This document shows positions 37,228 through 45,459 of a stretch of 64,000 nucleotides of DNA, in pieces. The notes under the pieces were generated by a model. The model made no database searches and had not been told where the DNA came from. It worked only from the letters and a program-made list of their open reading frames with translations. The DNA comes from Planctomycetota bacterium (lineage in GTDB: Bacteria; Planctomycetota; UBA11346). Within the stretch, counting starts at the first letter, position 1, and the number at the start of each line of letters is the position of its first letter. The translations under genes were made by a program, and so were the position numbers. The stretch is from contig JANPLC010000111.1 of NCBI GenBank assembly GCA_031426335.1, positions 2,384 to 66,383 on the forward strand, in the 5' to 3' direction.

Positions 37228-38966
37228 ACGAGATCCGCTTCGTCGATCGCTTCGCCGGCGGCGCGGGCGCGTTTCAGGCGTCGTCCGACCACGTCGTAGA
37301 AATTCGACACCGCAAGTCCGCGTTCAGCGCGCAGCGCGTCGAGTGCGGAAACATCGAGCGTACTGCCCGCCGCAAGATCACGTGCCGCATGCAGACGTTT
37401 GCGTACCACGGCACGCGTCGCGAGTTCGTGGGTGCGCGGTTCCTTGCGGCCGTCGCCGAGGGCGCGTTGCGCACCGCGCACCAACGCGATCTGACGCGCG
37501 AACTCGTCCGGATCCAAGCTCGCTGCATGATCAGGGCCCGGACGACTACGATCACGTGTCAGATGTTTTTCCCACAACGGCAGCCCGACGCCAACGGCAG
37601 CGAGGGCCGCTTCGGGACCCGGACAATGATCCGACAATCCGACCGGCACACCGAACGCCGCGCGCAGCGTGGCGATGGCGCGCACGTTCATGTCGTCGAG
37701 TTTGGCCGGGTACGCGCTGACCGCGTGGAACAGGGCGACGGGGCAGTTTCCTTGCGAATGCAACGCAGCGAGCGCAGCGGAGACCTCAGGCAGGGTGCCC
37801 ATGCCGGTCGACAACAATACCGGTAGACCGAGGGCACCGATCTGCGCTAGGTACGGCAGGTTGTCGAGTTCGGCGGAGCCGATCTTGATTGCTGGAATGC
37901 CGAGTTTTACCAGCAAGCGTGCGCTGACGATCTCGTCCGGCGTGCTGAGGAAGAGGATGCCGCGTTCGCGCGCATGGGCCGCGAGTTCCGCCCACGCAGA
38001 GTCCGGCAGTTCCAGGCGCTTGAGCATGGTGAACTGGTCGTCGTGCGTGCCGTCCTGCTCGCGCTGGTACTCGGCCTTGGGTGCGCCCGGGCGACAGATC
38101 AATTCCGTGCGCCAGGTTTGAAACTTCACCGCATCCGCGCCGATCTCCGCAGCCGCATCCACCATCCGATGCGCTTCAGTAACGTCGCCGTCGTGATTGA
38201 CGCCAGCCTCGGCGATGATGAAGCAACGCTCGCCATCGGCGATGCGTCGATCACCGATGTGGACTGCCGGTGCGGTGGTGGACAGCAGCGCATCGGCTAC
38301 CGCCAGTTCGTGTTCGTGGTCGATGTCCACCGCCAAGCGCGGATCGAGTGGCACCCCACGCGTGCGTCCGGGTTGCACTAGCGGACGGCTGGCGAGCACA
38401 TCACCCGCCGACACCACGTAGACCGCGCCGGCCTCACGCACGACGGGTGGCAGATCCTGGCGTCTGGTGGTGGCATGTTCCGGCAGCAATGGCACCAGTC
38501 GACCGTCCGCGTCGAGGCGATGACACCATGCTGGATGATGGTCGGGCGCGCAGACGCTCTCCACCGGATCGCCATGGCGCAGGAACAGTCGCACCGCATC
38601 AACCACATGCTCCGTCGGCGTCAGCGGCGAGGTCGCCTGCATCAGCACCACCGGACGTGGATCGCTGGCAGCAATTCCCAACGTCCGCAGCGCATGGCGC
38701 ATGACATCGTCGCTGCTGCTGGCGTCACCTGCGAGTGTTGCCGGTCGGACGAAGGGCGTTTCCCCACCCCAGCGCCGCCCTTCGGCGAGGATCTCCTCGT
38801 CGTCGGAGTCCACGATCACCCGACCGCCGCCGAGCTGGGCACACGCTGCGCGCGCGGTGCGCACCGCGCGTCCGATCAGGCTGATGCCGCCGACGGTGCG
38901 CAGATTCTTGCGCGGGATACCCTTCGAACCGCCTCGTGCGGGAATGATGATGAGTGGCTCGCTCAC
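37224..38966 (-). CDS. bifunctional fusion: N-terminal CMP-nonulosonate cytidylyltransferase (NeuA-like) + C-terminal nonulosonate/sialic acid synthase (NeuB-like, with SAF domain)
   Basis: N-terminus LIIIPARGGSKGIPRKNL (NeuA/KdsB-type cytidylyltransferase). Middle CFIIAEAGVNHDGDV...DAVKFQT (NeuB TIM-barrel). C-terminal SAF-like GSTLDVSALDALR. A single 580-aa ORF. Confidence 0.8.
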   Translation of the reverse strand: MSEPLIIIPARGGSKGIPRKNLRTVGGISLIGRAVRTARAACAQLGGGRVIVDSDDEEILAEGRRWGGETPFVRPATLAGDASSSDDVMRHALRTLGIAASDPRPVVLMQATSPLTPTEHVVDAVRLFLRHGDPVESVCAPDHHPAWCHRLDADGRLVPLLPEHATTRRQDLPPVVREAGAVYVVSAGDVLASRPLVQPGRTRGVPLDPRLAVDIDHEHELAVADALLSTTAPAVHIGDRRIADGERCFIIAEAGVNHDGDVTEAHRMVDAAAEIGADAVKFQTWRTELICRPGAPKAEYQREQDGTHDDQFTMLKRLELPDSAWAELAAHARERGILFLSTPDEIVSARLLVKLGIPAIKIGSAELDNLPYLAQIGALGLPVLLSTGMGTLPEVSAALAALHSQGNCPVALFHAVSAYPAKLDDMNVRAIATLRAAFGVPVGLSDHCPGPEAALAAVGVGLPLWEKHLTRDRSRPGPDHAASLDPDEFARQIALVRGAQRALGDGRKEPRTHELATRAVVRKRLHAARDLAAGSTLDVSALDALRAERGLAVSNFYDVVGRRLKRARAAGEAIDEADLV

Positions 38967-40261
38967 ATCTTCCCGTCAAGGCTCTTGCCGGTTTCGCGGT
39001 GGATGAAGCCGGGGACGACGGCAGCGAGGGCCAGCGCCAACTCGGCCTTGCTCGGGATGTCGTTGGCGGAGCGGCAGCGCACGGCGCGATAAATGGTCTG
39101 GAGCAGGTGGCGGAGCGGCGCGAGGTCCACGGCGTGCGGCGCGGGGATGGTCGCGAGGTGGGTAAAGCCGTTCGCATGCGCGCTTTCCTGCTCACCGCGT
39201 GCGACAAATTCTTCGATCTCTTTCTCGCCACTGGTGTCAGAGGTGGTGACCAGCACGGGATAGCGTTTCTGCGCCAGCTCGCCGGCGACGCTGGCCAAGG
39301 CCTTGGCGGGATCGCGGTAATGTGACGGTGTCAGTCCCAGGTCGCGCAGGGTCGCATCGGCGATGTCGATGAACGAGGCCATGTCCTTGGCCGGATCCAA
39401 ACGTGGGATCACCACGTGGCTGTGTGGCGTGGCAGCGCCGGCGAGCAGACAGAGCTGACCGGCTTCACGTGGCGTGACGAGGTAGCGGCGGATGTCCCCA
39501 GGAGCAGCCAGCGGCTGTTGTTTCTCGATGCGCTGCAAGAAGGCCCACGGCAGGCTGCCATCGCTGAAGGCGACGTTGGCGAAACGCGCGGTGGTGACGT
39601 GAGTCAGGCGTGGCAAAACTTGCGCCGGTTCCTGCGGCCACGCGATCGCTTCATCGTTCTGCGTGTGCGCCCACAACAGGATCTCCATCGCGCGCTTGGA
39701 CGCGCCCATGATCCCGACCGGGTTGGCGGCCTTGTCGGTGGAGACGAAGAAAACCCGCGCGTGCGCGTTGCGCTGACGCCGCCGCAAGCAGCACAGGAAA
39801 AAATGCGCCTTGAGCAGATTCACTTCCAACAGGCGCACGGTCGAGAAATGATCGCGCTCCGAGCGCACGTGCTTCAGCGCAGCGAACGAGAACACCACGT
39901 CGAACGGCGCCTGTTCATCGAGAAAGATTCCGGTGAGCGGCGTGCCGTAGTCGAGTGGCTGAACGATCAACTCACCGGTGAAGGGCGTGGGCAGATTGCG
40001 GATCGAGCGCACCAACTCGGCCAGGTTGTTCTCATTCGGATCGAGCACCGCCACCGCCGCGGGCTTGGTGACCTTCAGCATCTCGATCAACGTCGCTGAG
40101 CCGATCGACCCGGCAGCGCCGACCAGCAGCACACGTTTGCCGTCGAGCAGGGATTTCAGCTCGCCGGTGGCCTTGGCCACATCGCTGGCGAACAGGCTGT
40201 CATGCCGGCCAGTGACCGCCTGGGCGATGCGTTCGATGCGGGGCGTCAGGCAGAGGGGCAC
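38963..40261 (-). CDS. NAD-dependent nucleotide-sugar 4,6-dehydratase/epimerase (CapD/PglF/PseB/LegB-like), first gene of the nonulosonate operon
   Basis: Rossmann motif VLLVGAAGSIGSA and the short-chain dehydratase fold. Its stop overlaps the neuA-neuB start (38963-38966). Confidence 0.7.
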   Translation of the reverse strand: MPLCLTPRIERIAQAVTGRHDSLFASDVAKATGELKSLLDGKRVLLVGAAGSIGSATLIEMLKVTKPAAVAVLDPNENNLAELVRSIRNLPTPFTGELIVQPLDYGTPLTGIFLDEQAPFDVVFSFAALKHVRSERDHFSTVRLLEVNLLKAHFFLCCLRRRQRNAHARVFFVSTDKAANPVGIMGASKRAMEILLWAHTQNDEAIAWPQEPAQVLPRLTHVTTARFANVAFSDGSLPWAFLQRIEKQQPLAAPGDIRRYLVTPREAGQLCLLAGAATPHSHVVIPRLDPAKDMASFIDIADATLRDLGLTPSHYRDPAKALASVAGELAQKRYPVLVTTSDTSGEKEIEEFVARGEQESAHANGFTHLATIPAPHAVDLAPLRHLLQTIYRAVRCRSANDIPSKAELALALAAVVPGFIHRETGKSLDGKM

Positions 40262-40542
40262 AGGTCCATCCTTGGGTCAGTGCGGGGAAACCGAGGGAAG
40301 GTACCCCACAGTGGTGAGGTTTGCCACGCACGGAGCCTTTGGACAGGCGTCGGTGTGGCAAAGTCCCCCATCGGGTGAGGCAGTCCTGACCGTGGTGTCA
40401 TATACGCAACAGTTGTGCCGAGAGGGTGTTGGGCGGTTTCGGGTGTCCGAGCAGCCGGCCCTCGGACCGTGGCCTCCGGGCCGCCCGGGTCGGTTCTCCC
40501 GTCACCTCCGTCCATGCGAAGAGGCCAATGATCGCCCCAGCG

Positions 40543-40646
40543 ACGTTTCCTGGGATCGCCGAGTTGAACTCGGCCGGGGCAATCGGTGTTCCAAGGTTTA
40601 ATCACGACCCACCTGCCGAGTGCAACTCGGCGATCCCAGGAAACGT
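40543..40646. promoter_or_regulatory. pair of 31-nt inverted arms, each containing a CCGAGT-N3-ACTCGG palindrome, in an ~850-bp non-coding leader
   Basis: ACGTTTCCTGGGATCGCCGAGTTGAACTCGG (40543-40573) and CCGAGTGCAACTCGGCGATCCCAGGAAACGT (40616-40646) are reverse complements (30/31). They lie between the divergent sugar operon (start 40261, minus) and moxR (start 41111, plus). Confidence 0.4.
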
Positions 40647-41110
40647 GGCGAGTGATCAGTGGTGGAATGAGGGAAGCGAAAGTCCCAGGAACCACGGCGA
40701 AAGACCGGCCCGGAGGGCCGCGGTCCGTGTGTGTGGAGCAACCGGCGGCTGCTCTGACAACACCTGAGGTGTTACCTCATCGATCCGCTCGCATACCGGG
40801 ATGGTGACGCAGCGCCGCTCCAACGCGCGCGGCGATCACCGGTATCACCACCCGCACGAACACCATTCCTGGTGTTGCGGTGTCGCAGTCCGGCGGAACT
40901 ATCCGCCGCCATGCTCGGTCATTTTTACGGCCAAATTTCTATACCCGTTAACGCTGCGCATCTACTTATCATCACCGCAGCTTGCGTGTCCTAAGACTGA
41001 GCAACGAACTTGTCACAGCCCCACCAACCAACCGTTTCGCCGTGCGTGCCTGATGGCCGAGGTCACCTCGTCACCATCGGATGCACCTGAAGATCACCCG
41101 GGAGTTCACC

Positions 41111-42166
41111 ATGTCAGGCAATGCCGCACAACCCGCCGCCGCTACCAACGACAAGGAACTTGTCGCCCAAGCGCAGCAGGCTTTCGAGAACATCCGCGGC
41201 GAATTGGCCAAGGTCATCGTCGGTCAGGACCAAGCGATCGAAGAGCTAATCATCGCGATCTTCGCGCGTGGTCACTGCATGCTCGAAGGTGTGCCTGGTC
41301 TGGCCAAGACCTTGCTCATCTCGACGCTCGCCAAAGCGCTGCACCTGACGTTCAAACGTGTGCAGTTCACGCCTGACTTGATGCCCTCTGACATCGTCGG
41401 CACCGAAGTGCTGCAAGAAGATCCCGTCACCAAGGCGCGCATCTTCAAGTTCCTCAAAGGCCCGATCTTCGCCAACATCGTGCTGGCCGACGAAATCAAC
41501 CGTACGCCGCCAAAAACCCAGGCCGCGCTGCTTGAAGCGATGCAGGAGAAGAAGGTCTCCATCGGCAACGAGGAATACAAACTCGACCAGCCGTTCTTCG
41601 TCCTCGCGACCCAGAACCCCATCGACCAGGAAGGCACCTACCCGCTTCCTGAAGCCCAGCTCGACCGCTTCTTGTTCAAGATCTTCGTCGGTTACCCGAC
41701 GGATGAGGAAGAACTGGAAGTCATGCGCCGCGTTGCCAGCCCGGCGATGGCCAGCGCCGAGAAGAGCGTGAAGCAGGTTTTGAACGGCGAGCAGATCCAG
41801 GCCTTCCAACAGCTCGTGCTGCGCATCCCGGTCGCTGACCACGTGCTGCACTACGCCAAGGCGCTGGTGCGCTCGACCCGTCCGAAAGAAGAGGGCGCGC
41901 CGGATTTCATCAAGGAATGGATCTCGTGGGGCGCCGGCCCGCGCGCGTCGATCAACCTGATCCTCGCCGCCAAGGCGCGCGCCGTCTTGTACGGCCAGTT
42001 CCACGTCACCTGCGAAGACATCGATGCGGTCGCCAAGCCGGTGCTGCGCCATCGTATCGCCTGCAGCTACACCGCGACGGCGGAAGACATCACCACCGAA
42101 CACGTGGTGGAGAAACTCATCGAGTCGATTCCCAAGGACGAGAAGAAGCCGGTCGCGCGGAAGTAA
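41111..42166 (+). CDS. moxR: MoxR-family AAA+ ATPase
   Basis: Walker A LEGVPGLAKT, Walker B IVLADEINRTPPKTQAALLEAMQE, and the MoxR-typical length (~350 aa). Preferred start is MSGNAAQP at 41111. Confidence 0.9.
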   Translation: MSGNAAQPAAATNDKELVAQAQQAFENIRGELAKVIVGQDQAIEELIIAIFARGHCMLEGVPGLAKTLLISTLAKALHLTFKRVQFTPDLMPSDIVGTEVLQEDPVTKARIFKFLKGPIFANIVLADEINRTPPKTQAALLEAMQEKKVSIGNEEYKLDQPFFVLATQNPIDQEGTYPLPEAQLDRFLFKIFVGYPTDEEELEVMRRVASPAMASAEKSVKQVLNGEQIQAFQQLVLRIPVADHVLHYAKALVRSTRPKEEGAPDFIKEWISWGAGPRASINLILAAKARAVLYGQFHVTCEDIDAVAKPVLRHRIACSYTATAEDITTEHVVEKLIESIPKDEKKPVARK

Positions 42167-42233
42167 GGTTCTGATGAGCAAATCGCGGTAAACGCCGCGG
42201 TTTCCTGTCCGCCCTCACCAGCCCGGTCTGCCC

Positions 42234-43163
42234 ATGCCCTCCACTTACCTCGATCCCCAGGTCCTCGCCAAGGTCGGCAAACTCGACCTTAAGGCGAAGT
42301 ACGTCGTCGAGGGCTTCATCTCTGGCATGCACAAGAGCCCGTTCAAAGGCTTCAGTGTCGAGTTCGCGCAGCACCGCGGCTATGTTCCTGGGGATGACCT
42401 CAAGCACCTCGACTGGAAGGTCTACGCCAAGAGCGAGCGCTTGAACATCAAGCAGTACGAGGCCGAGACCAACCTCGTCACCACGCTGCTGCTGGATGCC
42501 AGCGAATCGATGGCCTATACGTCGCCCAATCGCAAGGGCGAGGCGAGTGCCAAGCTCGAATACGCCAAACTCATCGTCGCCGCGCTGAGCTACATCGTGC
42601 TCGGCCAGAGCGACGCGGTCGCGCTCGGCATCTTCGACGAAGAACTGCGCGAGTTCATTCCGCGTTCGACGCGCAAGGTGCATCTCAATCGTATCTGCGC
42701 CGCGTTGGAAAACATCGAGCCGCAGAACAAGACTGGCGTCGGCGACGTGCTGCACACCGTCGCCCAGCGCGTCGGTCGCCGTGGCATCACGGTCATCATC
42801 AGTGACCTGTTCGATAAGATCGAAGACATCCTCTCCGGCATCCAGCACCTGCGCCACGACGGCCACGAGGTCATCGTGCTGCATCTGCTCGACAAAGATG
42901 AGCTGACCTTTCCTTTCGAAGGCCTCGTGCAGTTCAAAGGCCTGGAATACGCCAATCAGGTGTTGTGCCAGCCACGCATGGTGAAGAAGGCCTACCTGGA
43001 AGAACTTCACAAGTTCCTCACCAAGATGAAGGCGATGTGCACCCGCAACGGCGTCGACTACGTGCAGGTCTCGACCGACACGCCGGTCGACATCGTGTTG
43101 TCGGCCTACCTCATCGGTCGTGAACGTGCGCTGATGTCCGGCGGACGTGGAGCGGGTCGCTGA
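42234..43163 (+). CDS. DUF58 domain protein (VWA-like, MoxR partner)
   Basis: 309 aa with DUF58 hallmarks (HRGYVPGDDLKHLDWKVYAKSERLNIKQYE). The canonical gene following moxR. Confidence 0.8.
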   Translation: MPSTYLDPQVLAKVGKLDLKAKYVVEGFISGMHKSPFKGFSVEFAQHRGYVPGDDLKHLDWKVYAKSERLNIKQYEAETNLVTTLLLDASESMAYTSPNRKGEASAKLEYAKLIVAALSYIVLGQSDAVALGIFDEELREFIPRSTRKVHLNRICAALENIEPQNKTGVGDVLHTVAQRVGRRGITVIISDLFDKIEDILSGIQHLRHDGHEVIVLHLLDKDELTFPFEGLVQFKGLEYANQVLCQPRMVKKAYLEELHKFLTKMKAMCTRNGVDYVQVSTDTPVDIVLSAYLIGRERALMSGGRGAGR

Positions 43164-45457
43164 TGGGCTTCCTCAATCTCCTGCTCGCCGGCTTCGCCGG
43201 TGCGGCCGCCATTCCGATCATCATCCACCTGCTCAACCAGCGCCGCTTCAAGGTGGTGGTGTGGGCGGCGATGGACTTCCTGCTCGCGACCATCGAGAAA
43301 AACTCGCGCCGGCTGCAGCTCCAGGATTTGATCCTAATGTTGCTGCGCGCTTTCGCGCTGGTGTTCCTCGCGCTCGCCCTCGCCCGTCCGACGCTGACCC
43401 CGGGTGGTCTGGACATGCTTGGTCGTCAGGGCGAAACCGCTGCGGTGATCGTGCTCGACAACTCGCTGTCGATGGGCCACCGCACCGGCAACGAATCACG
43501 CTTCGACGCGGCCAAACGCGCGGCGCTCGCCATCGTCGACCACTTGCCCAAGGGCGCTGGCGCCGCGCTGGTGCTGATGAGCGATGTGGCGGTGGATGAA
43601 ATTCCCGAACCGAGCCACGACGCGGCCTTTGTTCGCGCTGCTATTCAAGACGCGGTGTTGTCCGACGGCGGCACCGATGTCGCGGGCGGCATCAACAAGG
43701 CCTGGAGCATCCTCAAGGATACGAAAGCCCTGGCGAAAGAGGTCTACGTCGTCAGCGACATGCAGGGCAATGCCTGGCCCGCTTCCGGCGACGCCGGCTG
43801 GACCACCTTGTCGAACGAATTGACTGCGGCTAAGCCGGCGGTGCGCCTTTACTTGGCCAACGTCAGCGATGGCGCTGACAGCAACCTCAGCATCGCTGCG
43901 CTCATGCCGGTCGATGAACAAGTATCGACCGAAAGCGACGCGGCTTTTGTCGCCACGCTGCAGAACCACGGCGGCGGCGCAGCCACCAACGTCACCGTCG
44001 AACTGCTGGTCGGCGCGCCCGATGCGCCGCTCAACGAACCCCTGCGCGTCGCTGCCAGTGTGGTGGTCGACAAAGTCGACGGCACCGCACAAGTGCGCTT
44101 GGAAACCCGTTTCGCTGGCGGCGGTGATTACCGTATCGCCGTACGCGCTGCGCCCGACCGCCTGCCCGCTGACGACACGCGCTCGCTCGCGCTGCCGGTG
44201 GTCGAACGCATCAAGGTGCTGGTGATCGACGGCCAGCCGGGTGATGGCGGGACGTTCAATGGTGCTGGCGACTTCCTCAAAGCCGCGCTCAGCCCACGTG
44301 ATCCCAACGATGAAGCCAACAAAGCCCTGATCGACACCGAGGTCATCACCGTTGCTCAGCTCGGCGAACGCAGCCTACGCGATTACCAAGCGGTGATCCT
44401 TGCCAACGTCGCGGATCTGCCGACCGGACTGGTCGAAGGGCTCAAAACCTACGTCAAAGCGGAAGGCCGCGGCCTGATCATCTTCGGCGGCGACAACGTC
44501 TCGTCGGTGCGTTACAACCAACTGCTCGGCGGCAAAGAGGGCCTGCTCCCAGGTCTGCTCGCCGCGCGTCAGGTCGAACCTGATGTCGCGCCGAGCGGTG
44601 AGGAACCCGGCTTCGGCTTCGCCACCACCGACCTCGGCCATCCGGTGGTGAGTTTCTTCTCCGACAAGGATTCCCAACCGTTCCTCGCCGCGCCGCGTTT
44701 CACCCGCGCGCTCGGAATCGACATCGACACCAAAGACCTCGCGACGCTTGATCCCAAAGCCAAGACCAAACCCGACGACGTCCTCGGTGACAACAAAGTG
44801 AACATCGTCGCCAAGTTCACCGGCGGTCAGCCAGCGATCGCTGAACGTCTTGCCGGTCGCGGCCGCGTGCTGCTGTTCGCCTGCACGGCTGATCGCGACT
44901 GGGGCGACCTGCCACTGCGTCCGGCATTCTTGATGCTCGCGCGCCGCGCGGTGCAGCACGTCGCCGAAGGCCATCGCCAGCCGCGCACGCTGCAAGTAAA
45001 CGACCCGCTGGTTGAACTGGTCGGCATCAAAGCCGCTGGTGCGCAGGTCACCGTGCGCGATCCGCGTGGTGGTGCGCGTACCGTCGCCGCGGTGCCGACG
45101 CCCGCTGGCGATCTGGCGCGCATCGACTTCGCTGACACGCGTTTCTCTGGCTTTTACCACCTGAGCCGCGCGGCTGGCACGGGTGTCGGAAACAACGGCG
45201 ATGCCACCATCAGCAGCATCTACGCGGCCAATCCACCGCGTGGTGAAAGCAATCTCGACGCGCTCGACGAAGCCGGCGTGCGCGCGCTCTATCCCACCCT
45301 CGACTTCACCTGGCTCGATGGCCGTGGCGAGGTGGCTGCGGCCATCGACGGCAAACGGGTCGGGCGGGAGATCTGGCCCTTGTTGTTCATCCTCGCCTGC
45401 GCCTGCCTCATCGCTGAATCCGTCCTGGCCTTGCGCTGGGCCCCGAAGGGAGGCTGA
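43163..45457 (+). CDS. BatA-like protein: N-terminal aerotolerance-regulator BatA_N membrane domain + VWA domain + large C-terminal extension
   Basis: N-terminus MGFLNLLLAGFAGAAAIPIIIHLLNQRRFKVVVW matches the BatA_N consensus. MIDAS DNSLSMG. The 1-nt overlap (TGATG) with the DUF58 stop. Confidence 0.7.
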   Translation: MGFLNLLLAGFAGAAAIPIIIHLLNQRRFKVVVWAAMDFLLATIEKNSRRLQLQDLILMLLRAFALVFLALALARPTLTPGGLDMLGRQGETAAVIVLDNSLSMGHRTGNESRFDAAKRAALAIVDHLPKGAGAALVLMSDVAVDEIPEPSHDAAFVRAAIQDAVLSDGGTDVAGGINKAWSILKDTKALAKEVYVVSDMQGNAWPASGDAGWTTLSNELTAAKPAVRLYLANVSDGADSNLSIAALMPVDEQVSTESDAAFVATLQNHGGGAATNVTVELLVGAPDAPLNEPLRVAASVVVDKVDGTAQVRLETRFAGGGDYRIAVRAAPDRLPADDTRSLALPVVERIKVLVIDGQPGDGGTFNGAGDFLKAALSPRDPNDEANKALIDTEVITVAQLGERSLRDYQAVILANVADLPTGLVEGLKTYVKAEGRGLIIFGGDNVSSVRYNQLLGGKEGLLPGLLAARQVEPDVAPSGEEPGFGFATTDLGHPVVSFFSDKDSQPFLAAPRFTRALGIDIDTKDLATLDPKAKTKPDDVLGDNKVNIVAKFTGGQPAIAERLAGRGRVLLFACTADRDWGDLPLRPAFLMLARRAVQHVAEGHRQPRTLQVNDPLVELVGIKAAGAQVTVRDPRGGARTVAAVPTPAGDLARIDFADTRFSGFYHLSRAAGTGVGNNGDATISSIYAANPPRGESNLDALDEAGVRALYPTLDFTWLDGRGEVAAAIDGKRVGREIWPLLFILACACLIAESVLALRWAPKGG

Positions 45458-45459
45458 TC

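Noticed and set aside
36160-37299. 379-aa plus-strand ORF antisense to neuC and the neuAB fusion
   Set aside because: Overlaps two motif-supported genes. Arg-rich composition.
40246-40695. 149-aa minus-strand ORF in the long leader upstream of moxR
   Set aside because: Pro/Arg/Gly/Trp-rich with no hydrophobic core or motifs. It spans the palindromic elements, so it is more plausibly non-coding regulatory sequence.
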